Assembly: GCF_037042905.1 (NCBI RefSeq)
Contig: NC_087252.1
Location: forward strand, 6,202,001-6,266,000
From: Lytechinus pictus
Taxonomy: Eukaryota
Reading direction: 5' to 3'
Length of the DNA: 64,000 bases
A program made the translations under genes and the position numbers. Within the stretch, counting starts at the first letter, position 1. The number at the start of each line of letters is the position of its first letter. This document shows positions 26,901 to 38,275 of this stretch, one piece after another. Under the pieces are notes generated by a model that was not told the DNA's origin, searched no databases, and worked only from the letters and a program-made list of their open reading frames with translations.

Positions 26901-29900
26901 TTGCTAAGATTTCATGATTTTAAAAAGACAAGTTTGCATTAATGTACAAGCTCCAGATGTCTGATAATATTTTGACAATTAACCTTGATTTAAAAGACTT
27001 TCTCTTAAAAAGAAATTGTTGTTTGCTGCAATTAATTTCTTTTACCTTGATTGACACTCTGCCTTTCACTTTCATGGGGAGTGAATGTTCAAGCCTAACA
27101 AAATGTTATATTTGCCAGAGGAAAAAGTTCTGTTAGTTGTTTTTATGCATGATATGAAAGAGCTCCTTCATTTATTTAAACATGAAGATCTAAGGTTGCT
27201 CAGGCACGAGCATCCTCCCCTAATATTAGGGACAATTGCCCACCACACAATCTCTCATTTTGTTAACTACTGCGCTAAATATAGTTCTTGATGAGAGTTC
27301 CTTTCGATGAAACAGTTACATAATTATCCCTTTATTGTAGAAAATTAGATGATTGAAATGTTGCATTGTGGGGGAAAGAGGCCAAGGCCTTGAGAATCTG
27401 TTCTGGGCTGCAGATGCTATTCAGATCAAAAGCCGTGGTAGTTTGCCCTTTTAAAATATTCTATCCTTTATTTTTTTCATTCATCCATTGTTCCCTCACA
27501 GATCTGCTCTTCAAGATGGCAACCATAGCGAACTCCTTGAACTAATGAATAAGAACTTTGATCTACGGAGGTCGATTTATGGCGATGCAGTTGTAGGAGC
27601 GGAGAATCTCAGAATGATTCAACTAGCAAGACAGGTGGGCGAACTTGTTATGATCATTATAGTAATAATAATTTGCAACATTCATATAGCGCTTAATACA
27701 AATGTTTTTAAGCACTGCATACTATTACTCCGGCTTTAGCACGGCTGCACTTATCAGGTGCTCAAGTATTCAAGGAATTCCTTTCTACCAGGTACCCATT
27801 TACTACACCTGGGTGGAGAATGGCCAATGCATATAGAACCGCTACGACTACACCATGGTTTATTATAAAAGATTATTCTTTACTTGTTTGATTTTTTTTC
27901 AACAAGGTAAGCCTTTAGTATTTGGAAATATTCTCTCATGCCTGCCCTGCATAATATAAAAAGTACAGTCAAAGCCAAACATTTGCATTAAAATATCTTT
28001 GTGTTTCTAAGTTTCAGTATGGATCATCTGTTAAGTACCATTTTACTTTTGGGGGGTGAAAAAGGATGAAAAAGGTGAAAGTCAGAACCACTACGACTGC
28101 ACCATGGCTTAGTAAAATAAATTATTTTTCATTGTATAAGTCCCATTAGTATTTTGAATCTTCTTACATGACTATGAAAAATACATTAAAAAGGAAAACA
28201 TTCACATAAAAACATCTTTGTGTTTCTTTATTTCAGTATGGATCATCAGCTAAGTTCTCTGGTAGTGGAGGAGCCGTTATTGGTCTTTGTTTAGATCCTC
28301 ATCAGTTGGTAAGTCTGCTACTAAAGCTTTCTTTACACTGTACCCATGATGCCTCACTTGGGGCATGGGGCATCAGTGAACATCCTGCACCTTTGACTTC
28401 TGCTGTTCATTACTTCTGAGCGACTTTACATGTCTGGTGATCCTTTTTAAGGAAATAAATGAAAATCTGGTGTGTATAAGTTACCACAAGAAAGGATTAC
28501 CAGTCATTTTTAAAGTCGCTTATAACTTACAGCTTTATGAAACAATAACCTGAGCCATTCTCTTGATTGATGATCATGAGTGACCTTTAGTTCTCCACTC
28601 TTGCTCCATAGTCTCTGACCAGGTTACTGTTTCATAAAGATTTGCTATAATAACAAATAAACCACTTCTTAAACAAGTTGACTAATAGCCAATCAGATTG
28701 AAGAATTTTAATAGTTTTTAGCCGTTTATTGCAAATTTGGTATTATAAAAAGTTTTATGAAATTGGCTGCAGGTGTTCTGAGGATATCCACTCTTTGCTC
28801 ACTTCAGGGGAGAATAAGAATATTAATATAAAAAGGCCCAAGTCCATAGGAGGTCATTTCGAGAAAATTGAAGAAAAAAATGGGTTTTTTTAATGGTTGT
28901 TTTTTAAATTTGGGCAATTAAAGTATATTTGGCCAAAAGACATCAGAGAACATCATATAACAAATTCAAGTGTACATTTTGTAAGAACATTAATACTCGT
29001 GTTACTTGTGGGCTGGCCTTTTGTCTGGTGGACTTTGGTCATTTTTAGAATCATATGGACTTGGGTCATTCTTACATTCATATACATGGTAGACTTCTGT
29101 AGAAGTAGTAGAAGTAATGAGAGAGGGCGCTATGATATGAATGTAAGAAAAGCCCAAATCATGGGCTTTTCTTACGCTCATGCCAGATTTTCTTGCGTTA
29201 TTTAAGGCATTTCTGTGAAGATTTCAGATTTATCATTTATACACTAGGTGAGTCATTCTATAAAGAACAATTTCCAATTTTTAACTCAATATTGCCAAAA
29301 TTGGACTTGGGCTGTTTTTATATTCAGATACTCAATTTCATGAATGAACTGGGGTGTTTTATTTGACAAAGTCTCTCTAATTTGACAGTTCATTTAGTAT
29401 TTGTCAGGCACCAGTGCTGCTCGGCCAATCACAATATTAAGGGAAGTTGATTTGAAGCTCCCCTGACATCAAATGATGAGCTACCCCATTTGTGCTGTAA
29501 TAAAGAAAAAGTGACCTTGCATTTTGTAATATTGTAACCCTAGGTCTGCATCTGGCAATAACCTCTTTCAACAGGGTTCCCAGCCCATCAGGGAAAATTA
29601 TTTAACTTTTTTCCAGTCAGGGAAAAATCAGGGAATTTGGAAAAAAAAAACCTGAAATCAGGGAAAATTGCCTCAAATGAGGGAAAATCAGTGAATTTTG
29701 ATCAGCCCAAAAGACGAAAGCATGGTAATCAGTCAGACTCTGTTATATTTTGTTGCATATCAAAAGAACATCCATTGAATGACTGGTTATGGTTGTACTA
29801 ATTAGTTTTACATTGTTTTTATACTGAAAATACATGTAATTAACTGCAACAACTTAGAAAACATGCGAAACTGGGAATGGGCTTAAATAATTATCAGAAT

Positions 29901-30073
29901 ATTTAGACTTCATCACGGACCCTGTTAACGAACCCTGTTCAAGTTAACACTTGCCTTCATCTATTTCTTTGTAGGCTGAGCTGAAGTCCGCATTCCAAAC
30001 CGAGGGCTTTGTGATCTGTGATGTCATCCCGAATCCACCAATTGCAGACAACAATGGTTCGACCAGCAGATGA
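10185..30073 (+). CDS. gkup: Glucuronokinase fused to an N-terminal nucleotidyltransferase (uridylyl pyrophosphorylase-like) domain; 17 visible coding exons, 539 aa as spliced, apparently missing part of the kinase N-terminus
   Basis: Exons 10185-10241, 11425-11531, 12030-12074, 12451-12537, 13298-13364, 14563-14634, 17915-18003, 18491-18647, 21584-21661, 22057-22151, 23650-23710, 25505-25579, 25897-25974, 26401-26648, 27502-27634, 28237-28308, 29975-30073 total 1620 nt, all GT-AG and in frame. NTP-transferase motifs ILVAGHGT, IPKALLP, VAGD, FLEKP; GHMP kinase motifs IPRQVGLAGSSA, AGLQDRV, AKFSGSGGA. Confidence 0.9.
13655..14039 (-). mobile_element. tRNA-derived SINE
   Basis: Minus strand begins GGAGGCAGCGTAGCTCAGTCGGTTAGAGCG (A box) ... 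GGGGTTCGAGTCCCG (B box) and continues into a ~300-bp non-tRNA body; no clean acceptor stem. Confidence 0.8.
15450..15593. mobile_element. Short palindromic MITE
   Basis: CAGGACCAGTTGCATAAAGGTCACCATTATGG ... CCATAATAGTAACTTTTATGCAACAGGGCCCTG inverted ends. Confidence 0.65.
15747..17610. mobile_element. ~1.86-kb non-autonomous DNA transposon (hAT/P-like termini) in gkup intron 6
   Basis: TIRs CAAGGCTCCACATTA / TAATGTCGAGCCTTG (14/15 match); subterminal GGTGGCCCG/CGGGCCACC repeats at both ends; flanks TGTAAGG / TGTAAGT (imperfect TSD); no transposase ORF. Confidence 0.75.
19250..20614 (+). CDS. Penelope-like reverse transcriptase (C-terminal half) + Cys/His linker + GIY-YIG endonuclease; homology starts near 19360
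   Basis: NNFTF..YLQIFGTAMGTRMAPSFACLFM, WWRYIDD, FLDV, LYSKPTD..YL.SSSCHP, CTSNRCIIC..H, NVVYLITCRVCGVQYIGET..LKKRFYGH, PHGLN; no stops across the homologous part. Confidence 0.9.
   Translation: MNKYISKFVPFEHIFSFNPPSCYVTFFFRYFLNFMSHVLTKNNFTFMGKHYLQIFGTAMGTRMAPSFACLFMTKLEQQMLDSAPCRPWIWWRYIDDIFFIWTRDEDSLHTFIDHINSFHRTIKFTSDFSQQETHFLDVTVQKKSNGITTTLYSKPTDTHQYLHSSSCHPRHCKTGIAYSQALRLRRICSEDPDFSFHARNLQKHLCARGHGARAVQLAINKVRSLPRSEVLKPKSDKETTDRIPLVTTFHPNLPPLRKILCDNHHILHTSDRLQQAAPDTPLLAYRRPPNLRDLIVRAEVPSLTNHSSPIQHGTFKCTSNRCIICEIHLHEGDTFTSNSTSLSHQIKGNITCTTTNVVYLITCRVCGVQYIGETKTTLKKRFYGHRSTVNTAKLDTPVGRHFNLPNHSITDMMLQGIESLGTRPDSVRTSREKLWMRRLRTTQPHGLNIQEGND
19355..21560 (+). mobile_element. 5'-truncated Penelope-like retroelement (Neptune-type) in gkup intron 8
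   Basis: RT + GIY-YIG ORF followed by a ~950-bp pyrimidine-rich 3' region that ends in a hammerhead-like motif at 21509-21547. Confidence 0.88.
21509..21547 (+). ncRNA. Degenerate minimal type-I hammerhead ribozyme-like motif at the Penelope 3' end
   Basis: GCCT-CCGACGA-A-TATTCT-GCT-AGGATC-GAAA-GC-TT-AGGC: stem I GCCT/AGGC, CUGANGA-like core with U to C change, weakened stem II, GAAA, palindromic AAGCTT at stem III. Confidence 0.5.
22516..23252. mobile_element. TTAA-terminated MITE lacking a clean right TIR; related ends at ~52462-52524 and ~63919-64000
   Basis: Begins TTAACCCTAAATAGACTGGGCTATTT followed by a G-run GCTGATTCAG C-run hairpin; stops at GGGGGGGCTGAATCAG where a SINE starts; the complementary end AATAGCCCAGTCTATTTAGGATTAA is seen at ~52500-52524. 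Confidence 0.7.
23249..23482 (+). mobile_element. 5'-clipped tRNA-derived SINE with a 16-bp unit repeated four times
   Basis: TCAGTCGGTAGAGCG (partial A box), (GTAGAGCGGGGGACTC)x4 at 23256-23319, GGGTTCGATTCCC (B box), then body and short A tail. Confidence 0.8.
24240..25156. repeat. Interspersed element with internal ~160-190-bp tandem units (Helentron/DINE-1-like non-autonomous element)
   Basis: Four to five units of ...TTCATGAAACTTGG...CTGAACATCCTG...CAAGGTCAAAGGTCA...; ends GATGCAGGTGAGACGGCCAGAGGCATTCCACTTGTT, a terminus also seen at ~31515-31552. Confidence 0.65.
26656..27050. mobile_element. MITE, inverted copy of the family at 30884-31286
   Basis: AAAATGAGTTGAAACAGAATCCAATGAAAT...CCACCAAAGTGT is the reverse complement of ~31210-31253. 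Confidence 0.65.
28810..29333. mobile_element. MITE with ~30-bp TIRs
   Basis: ...AATATAAAAAGGCCCAAGTCCA at the left end and TGGACTTGGGCTGTTTTTATATTCAGATACTC at the right end. Confidence 0.6.
29572..29937. mobile_element. Short-TIR non-autonomous DNA element with TCAGGGAAA subterminal repeats
   Basis: CAGGGTTC...GAACCCTG termini, TTCAA on both flanks, about six TCAGGGAA-type repeats near the left end. Confidence 0.6.
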
Positions 30074-30883
30074 CCTTACCTTACTAAAGAGGTGGATAGA
30101 TCCATTGATGCGACTGACCTGCCCATCCTGAATAGTTAGTCATGTTTGCAATGAAGCATCACTGCCAACCTCTCTCATTCCAAGAAGGTTTGCCCATTCA
30201 GGAACACAATATCCCATTGGTTTTTTCTTTTCATCATTTTTCATTCTCAGGTTGACATCTATTTTCATGTATTGATTAGATAAAAAAGTGTAACATGATT
30301 TGAAGTATGTACCAAATATGGGACATTTCCAATTTCCCATTCAGTGGTGGAATTTTACATTGCAATACCAATCCACCAAGTGTAATGATTAGTATAGATA
30401 ACGTGCGTCCCTCATACTATATAAACCTCATAACATGCGTCGTAGTCTAATTTCATCTTCTTTGAAGATTTATAACAGATGATGATAGCATGTAAACTTG
30501 AGGAGTTGCAGTGGGCAATAATATAAATAGAAGGTCTAGAAACAGGTAGCCATATCATCATAGATATAGATCTAATCAGAAACCAAACTGTGCAAAACAG
30601 TGAAATCTAATTTGAAAATCTAGTATGCTGCGTAGAAAAGCCAGCTTGGATAAGTGTGATGTTATAGCTTGGAAAAAGTCCAGTCTACTAGTGGCACCGT
30701 TGCTATATTAGGGGGTTTTGGCAAGGCAAGCACAACAGGGCTGGATCGTCTGGAAAATCTCAGCCAAAATAGCTCTCGGTCCAGCCACGATACCTCGGCA
30801 TGGAATCGGCCAATCAGTGCTGTTGCTATCGTATGCAAAAAAAGTAAACATGAGTCATGCACGGCATGCGTACAACCTACATG

Positions 30884-31286
30884 TTAAAGAGAAGTTCCAG
30901 TAGTTGCAGTAAACACTGATTTCATGAGAAAGTCTGTAAAACCAGGCTTAATTGGCAGTATATCATCGAGGATCTAGATCTGGTACAGTTACATAAACTG
31001 AACTTTGTGAAATCTTGAAATCTACGCTGAAAAATGTTCAGACTGAACTTCCCCAACACAGATAAGCGCACGTGGGACAGTGTATAATTATTGCTTTGAG
31101 CGTCGGGCCCGACGCTCTACCCGAATCCTGTGCTTATTTGCTGATTTCTCAGCAATTACACAATTTCTTCCAGAATCCTTTGGCACATGCGTTTTATTTA
31201 TACAAACAGACACTTTGGTGGTCATTTCATTGGATTCTGTATGAACTCATTTTGATATCGTTATCAAAACTAGCATTTACCTTTAA
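30884..31286. mobile_element. TTAA-flanked MITE (Kolobok-like)
   Basis: TTAAAGAGAAGTTCCAGT ... ACTAGCATTTACCTTTAA; second copy at 26656-27050. Confidence 0.65.
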
Positions 31287-31979
31287 GCTAGCTAACCTCT
31301 TGTGTTAATTTTGCATTGATTTCATTCTACAGATTTAATTTGTCAAAGTCTTCAACATTGCAAATATACGCAGATTGAACCGTCTCCTGCACTCAATCTA
31401 CCATGTAGATTCGCCATTTTACTTCTATAGACCTAGAATATCTAACCTATCACTTTGCCTGTCAACACAGACAAGTCCTGTGTACCTGCAGCACTGTTGC
31501 TATATAGAATTGCATAATGCAGACGAGACTGTCCGAGGCATTCCACTTGTTTCCAAAAGACATGCTTGATTACAAACCATCCTCGTCTCATTGCTCCTAT
31601 TATCAACCAGGTGAAATACCATGTACTTCCACAAAAGTAAGACTGAATTCTGGGTGCAAACAGTTACTTTTACCAGCACATCGGATAACTTTATTAACAC
31701 TGATAACGCCATCTTCTGGCAATTTCAAAATCTCCTGTAGGGAAGGATTGATGTAAATGTTGGGTTCTTGTACTGATTGGGCAGCTTCGCTGACTGCTGT
31801 AATGAACTGCCAGTTAACACAACGTAATAATTTCCTTCCAAACCAATCCAATAGTCGATATATAGCACCTTTTCCTTTTGGTTGCAAAGAGCTGCACACA
31901 CAATACTCCATATTCGGGTCACTAGAACAATGCAACACCTGGGAATGATCAGCTTAGTCCATGTAATTCATTGTCCTCT

Positions 31980-32070
31980 TTAATAGCAAAATAGATGGGA
32001 TTTGATGGCTTTCTTGAACTGGTCATCGGAGGAGTCTGTCTTCATGCCTTGAAACAATGTCCAAGGTGAT
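31980..32070 (-). pseudogene. 3' tip of an L2/CR1-type LINE ORF2
   Basis: Minus translation ..MKTDSSDDQFKKAIKSHLFCY* resembles the FKKxLKTHLF C-terminus. Confidence 0.45.
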
Positions 32071-32083
32071 TGCATGTTCAATT

Positions 32084-33736
32084 ACCGTATTTGCTGGAAT
32101 ATAAACCACTTTTAACTCTTGGAAAAAACAAATTGAGGAAACCAATGTCCACCAGAAATGGTGAAATCTGTGTCATATTCTATATATTTGAAGCAATATT
32201 TTCATGTTTTCTCTGTGATACTAAAGCAATAAAATATAAGAAAAATTATGATTTTTTGTTGTTGCAAGTGCCTGACTTCGACAATTTTGACGCAATGATC
32301 TTGTCCATGCAACACACAGCGATAATGCCTGTGCGTGGTGCTGAATGTACGGGCAACTGGCCCCAAGATCATCATACGTGTCTACGGGGATTCCTCCTGT
32401 ATATCTTAGGTATTCGTGACGATATCAATTGTATGAATTTTGCATAAATACTCACAAAACAGACCTATTACCTGTTGGCGACGAACAGGAATTGTGTTTC
32501 AGTAACTCAACACCATCACATGACCAAATAATTTGATAATGGACTCGGAGAAACAAATTGATCGCCGATACGAATTGTCACGTTACGTCGGCTTTACATT
32601 TTCTTTTCTGCGCGTTAAGTTATATCACTCGCGAGAAAGGAGTGTGGATGATCTGGCATTGCATCTGAGATGAATTAAAAGGAAAAGGACATGAAACCAG
32701 AATGAACGAGAATACTTGAAAAATAAAAGCTTTTTCATATTTCAAACAGAGAAAATGAAAGAAGGAAGTTTAGAAATAATGAAAATGAGAAAGATGGAAA
32801 TGCCAATTCTAGCATCATATTTTTCCCCTCATCATTGCTGGTTGCTTGAGAGAAGAGACTAACAAGAGAAGGGAAAAGAAATACAAAATAAATGTGGATG
32901 AAATACAAAATTTTGTTTAATAACAACGTTTTGAATCATTGCCATGTGTGGAGGAAAGAGACACACAAGAGAAGAAAGGAATTGAAATAAAAAATAAATG
33001 CGCATGAAATACAAAATTTAGTTTTACAATATAGATGTGATTTGTTGCTGATTGTTTGAGAGAAGAGAGAAAAAAAAGGATATTTAAAATATGAAATTGT
33101 GTTGTATAATTTTGTTTAAATTTTTGTTTAAAATTTTTTGTTATAAATTCTGATATCGTAATATTATTGAGGGAACCTTGGAAATTTATTTCATATGGGG
33201 TATTAGAAGTTATTCTTTCTTTGAGAATTTGTGGCCAATTTCCCAAAATGGGCCAAAGGATCTGAAATCCCAGGAACTCCTTGTCGGATGAAGAAGCGTT
33301 GAAGATGTCAAGCAACCTCTCGTTGTTATAAATGAAATTGGTATTGTCATCGCTGGAGGACCCGATCGGTGGCCTCATCGCTGTCTTCCCAAAGCACATC
33401 GTCCTCGGTCCCGTCAAGCTAGTTGGAAATGCAGCACTTCAGAAATGGCTTCTTGATTGTTTCAGCGGGCATCTTGTTCCACACCTCCAGGATCCATCCA
33501 CAGATCTGCGCTAATTCCACCTTCTTGGTCCTCCCAGACTTGGTCGTCTCCTTCGGTGCATTGGCCGTCCATTCTTCGCAGAGTTGCTTCAGATGATCCT
33601 TAAATGGCTTGTTGATTGCTACGTCGAGTGGCTGAAGAAGCGACGTCATTCCTCCAGGAATCATGGCCAGGTCTGAGTTGAGTCGCCGAAGAACAGCCTT
33701 GGACTCTTGGGACTTGTGGCACAGGAAAGCATCTAA
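32084..33736 (-). mobile_element. pogo/Tigger-like DNA transposon 3' remnant (DDE_1 transposase C-terminus at ~33200-33736)
   Basis: FLDAFLCH..LRRLNSDLAMIPGGMTSLLQPLDVAINKPFKDHLK...ICGWILEVW...FLKCCISN*LDGTEDD; candidate terminus TACCGTATTTGCTGGAATATAA at ~32084. Confidence 0.8.
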
Positions 33737-34009
33737 AAATTTCCTCCTGATTCGTCTCCCAAGCAGTAATCACTTTGTTTGAATACTTCATTGGATACAA
33801 GGGTAATCAAGTCTCCACCTGACATGAGTTGCAGGTCACCTGATCAAGGTCAAAGGTCATTAGAGGTAATTAAATTAACTTTAGCAATATAGTTGTATTT
33901 TTTTTCCTGTATTAATAATACTATAATTCATCTTGTCCTTTTTCATCGTATTGTATGTAGTTCCTTGGGACATATTGTGTGTCAATTGGGAAGGATATGA
34001 TGAAATTAA

Positions 34010-34775
34010 TTAAACGGGATAGAATTGCCTTATGCTATTAACGATCTCCCCAAATTTGTTTGGGCGTAAATTGTTCCTCCACATGAACTCATCAAGGTAA
34101 GATGGGAAAAGGGCCCGGGACGTACCGTGCTGACGCCACAATTTCCTCTTTGCACGCATCCATGTGCCTTCGATTGTATTGTTGTGAAGCCAATCATGGA
34201 TGGGATCTAAAAAATGACGTTCGTGAATGACCATATCGTGTAGATAAACCTTGTTATTCAGCTGATCAAGATGGTGGTATGCCGCCCAACCATCTCTTAT
34301 GATGTGAGTTCCAGGCAAGCACCATTGCTGGATAATGGGCTCAAGTGTGCCCCAGTTCCTTCTAGGGACAACCTGGAGAAGACATCTACCACGCTCCACA
34401 GCGCCAAACACCCGATGGCCTTCATGGTACTCGCCCCGATAGTACTTCCGATGAAAATGTTTGCTTTCGTCAATCTCGACGATGATTGGATTGCCCATAT
34501 CGTCGAATCTGCCAAGTTGACAGAAATTTGCTATGAGATGTTGGCTACAAACTTCCCTTGTCGTACCATCATCATGGATGGATGACTGCCTCCGGATGAA
34601 TTCTAAGGGCACATCCTCTGACCCTAAAAATATGAACATTATTAACTGGTTTAAGGACAAATGACTATGGGGAAAAAAGACCCCATCCAGATGTTTTTTG
34701 GGGGGATAGCACTCAGGGCATCACCACTGCCAACCGTCAGTGCCATAGCTAGCAGTTTTTCTGGACCGCACATTG
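34010..34775 (-). pseudogene. Merlin (IS1595/ISXO2-like DDE) transposase, copy 1; catalytic domain open for 216 codons
   Basis: IVEIDESK..RKY.RG, VFGAVER, TLEPIIQQWCLPGTHIIRDGWAAY, HERHFLDP, NTIEGTW, FPSYLDEFMWR; upstream W..CPEC region has a stop. Confidence 0.9.
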
Positions 34776-35231
34776 TATAGTGGGCAAGTAAAATGAATAC
34801 AAAAAAATTAATAAATAAAAACTTCTAGCTTTGTATGACTATACATTTTATAAACAACATGAGGAATGCACTGGTCAGTTTTGTGCACTATGTCAACACT
34901 TTCACCATTTCCCTTTACCCAGCATGCTCTTTCCTTCGGCTGCTTCTGTGAAGCCTGCTGGAATGTACAGTAACAGCAAGTAGAGGACCCTTCCTAGACC
35001 CTGACGTGCTTCCAATCGGGTTCCTCATGTTTTTTCCTGATGTAGGTATTCCACGCCTACGATTGACCTTACTGGGCCAGTTACTTGAATTTTCCTGTCA
35101 TATCATTCATTTACAAGCATTATAGTGATGTAAAATTATCCATAGCAATGTGCCTCCAGTTGTTTGCATGACACTGACATAGTATCCACATGATCTTGTT
35201 GAGTAATTTGGATATCCCTAAAAGAAAAACG

Positions 35232-35935
35232 TTTCTCCATATGAACTCATCAAGGTAAGATGGGAATAGGGCTCGTGATGTGCCATGCTGTCACTACACT
35301 TTCCTCTTTGCATGCATCAATGTGCCCTCGATTGTGTTGTTGTGAAGCCAATCATGGACGGGATCAACAAAATGACGTTCGTGAATGACCATATCATGGA
35401 GGTAAACCCTGTTATTCAGCTGATCAAGATGATGGTATGCCGCCAAACCATCTCTTATGTGAGTTCCAGGCAAGCATATTGCTGGATTATGGGCTCAAGT
35501 GTGCCCCTGTCCCTTGTAGGGACAACCTGGAGTTCGCATCTACCACTACCACGCTCCACGGCGCCAAACACCCGATGGCCTTCATGGTACTCGCCCCGAT
35601 GGTACTTCCGATGAAAATATTTGCTTTCGTCAATCTCGACGATGATTGGATTGCCCATATCGTCGAATCCGCCAAGTTGACGGAAATTTGCTATGAGATG
35701 TTGGCTACAAACTTCCCTTATCGTATCATCATCATGGATGGATGACTCCCTCTGGATGAATTCTATGGGCACATCCTCTGACCGCAAAAATATGAACATT
35801 ATTAAATGGTTTATGGACAATTGACTATGGGGAAAAAAGACCCCATCCAGATGCTTTTTTGGCGATAGCACTCAGGGCATTGCCACTGCCAACCGTCAGT
35901 GCCATAGCTAGCAGTTTTTCTGGACCACACATTGC
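35232..35935 (-). pseudogene. Merlin transposase, copy 2 (frameshifted, 3' truncated)
   Basis: IVEIDESKYFHRKYHRG...VFGAVERGSGRC; DNA closely similar to copy 1. Confidence 0.85.
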
Positions 35936-36727
35936 ATAGTGGGCAAGTAAAATGAATACTGAAAAAATTAATAAATAAAAACTTTTAGCTTTGTATGACT
36001 ATCCATTTTATAAACAACATGAGGAATGCACTGGTCAGTTTTTTCCACTATGATAACACTCACCATTTCACGTAACCCAGCGTGCACTTTCCTCCGGCTG
36101 CTTCTGTGAAGCCTGCTGGAATGTACAGTAACAGCAAGTAGAGGACCCTTCCTAGACCCTGACTTGCTTCCAATTGAATTCCTCATGTCGTTTCCTGATG
36201 TAGGTATTCCACGCCTACAATTTACCTTACTGGGCAGTTACTTGAATTTTCCTGTCATATCATTCATTTACAAGCATTATAGTGATGTAAAATTATCCAT
36301 AGCAATGTGCCTCCAGTTGTTTGCATGACATTGACATAGTTTCCAGACGATTTTGTCTGGTAATTTGGATATTCCTAAAAGAAAAGTGTCCAGGGACTCT
36401 CATTTCTGACCTAGCATATAGCAATGAAGTGATTCTGTACCCTTTTGTCAAACAAATTTCATATTTTTTTAATGCCAAACTTATGTTTCTTCAGCGGCAT
36501 TCTGATTCATCTCCCAAGCAGTAATCACTTTAAAAAAAATATTTCTTTGGATATAAGGGTGATCAACATCAGTGACCACCTGACATGAGTCACATGATCG
36601 AGATTAAGGAACTTTAACAATATTGGGGGTTTTTTTCCTGTAATAATCCTGTAATTCATCTTATCCGTTTGCATGTAGTTCCTTGGGACATATTGTGTGT
36701 CAATTGGGAAGGATATGATGAAATTAA

Positions 36728-37487
36728 TTAAACGGGATAAAATTGCCTTATGCTATTAACGATCTCCCCGAATTTGTTTGGGCCTACATTGTTCCTCCAC
36801 ATGAACTCATCAAGGTAAGATGGGAATAGGGCTCGGGATGTGCCATACTGACACTGCAATTTCCTCTTCACACGCATGAATGTGCCCTCGATTGTATTGG
36901 TGTGGAGCCAATCATGGATGGAATCAACAAAATGACGTTCATGAATGACCATATCATGTAGGTTAACCCTGTTATTCAGCTGATCAAGATGATGGTATGC
37001 CGCCCAACCATCACTATGATTTGAGTTCCAGGCAAGCACCATTGCTGGATAATGGGCTCAAGTGTGCCCCAGTTCCTTCTAGGGACAACCTGGAGAAGAC
37101 ATCTACCACTACCACGCTCCACGGCGCCAAACACCCGATGGCCTTGGGTACTGGCCCCGATGGTACTTCCGATGGAAATACTTGCTTTCGTCAATCTCGA
37201 TGATGATTGGATTGCCCATATCGTCGAAACCGCCAAGTTGACGGAAATTTGCTATGAGATGTTGGCTACAAACTTTCCTTATCGTATCATCATCATGGAT
37301 GGATCACTCCCTCTGGATGAATTCTATGGGTACATCCTCTACCCGTAAAAGTATGAACATTATTAACTGGTTTAAGGACAAATGACTATGGGGAAAAAAG
37401 ACCCCATCCAGATGCTTTTTTTTTGCAATAACACTCAGGGCATAGCCACTGCCAACTGTCAGTGCCATAGCTAGCAGTTTTTCTGGG
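36728..37487 (-). pseudogene. Merlin transposase, copy 3 (frameshifted)
   Basis: SDGWAAY..HERHFVD..HTNTIEGT..YLDEFMWR..QFYPV*. Confidence 0.85.
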
Positions 37488-37495
37488 TAAGCTAA

Positions 37496-38275
37496 CTAAA
37501 CGAGATAAAATTGCCTGCTGTTATTCATGATCTCGCAGAATTTGTTCAGTCCTAACTTTACATTATTTCTCCAAATGAACTCATCGACGTAAGATGGGAA
37601 TAGGGCTTGGGATGTGCCATGCTGATGCCACAATGTCCTCTTTGCACTCATCAATGTGCCCTCGATTGTATTGTTGTGAAGCCAATCATGGATGGGATCA
37701 ACAAAATGACGTTCGTGAATGACCATATCTTATAGATAAACCTCGTTATTCAGCTGATCAAGATTAAGGGATGCCGCCCAACCATCTCTTATGATGTGAG
37801 TTCTAGGCAAGCACCATTGCTGGATAATGGGCTCAAGGGTGCCCCAGTTCCTTCTAGGGACAACCTGGAGTTGACATCTACCACTACCACGCTCCACGGC
37901 GCCAAACACCCGATGGCCTTGGGTACTCGCCCCGATGGTACTTCCGATTAAAATATTTGCTTTCGTCAATCTCGACGATGATTGGATTTCCCATATCGTC
38001 GAATCCGCCAAGTTGACGGAAATTTGCTATGAGATGTTGGCTACAAACTTCCCTTATCGTATCATCATCATGGATGGATCACTCCCTCTGGATGAATTCT
38101 ATGGGTACATCCTCTGACCGCAAAAATATGAACATTATTAACTGGTTTAACGACAAATGACTATGGGGAAAAAAGACCCTGTCGATATGCTTTTTTGCGC
38201 TTTCATTTCCACTCTGGGCATCGCCACTGCCAACAGTCAATGCCATAGCTAGCAGTTTTTCTGGACCACATATTA
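37496..38275 (-). pseudogene. Merlin transposase, copy 4 (frameshift and stop)
   Basis: Same motifs; directly abuts copy 3. Confidence 0.85.

Noticed and set aside
30560..31960. Short ORFs at 30662-30903 and 31603-31948 as genes
   Set aside because: No recognisable motif or splice structure; they may be old transposon remnants but I cannot assign them.
34010..34660. Bacterial IS1595 contamination or recent horizontal transfer
   Set aside because: Motifs fit the eukaryotic Merlin branch, and the copies are degraded and embedded among animal repeats.
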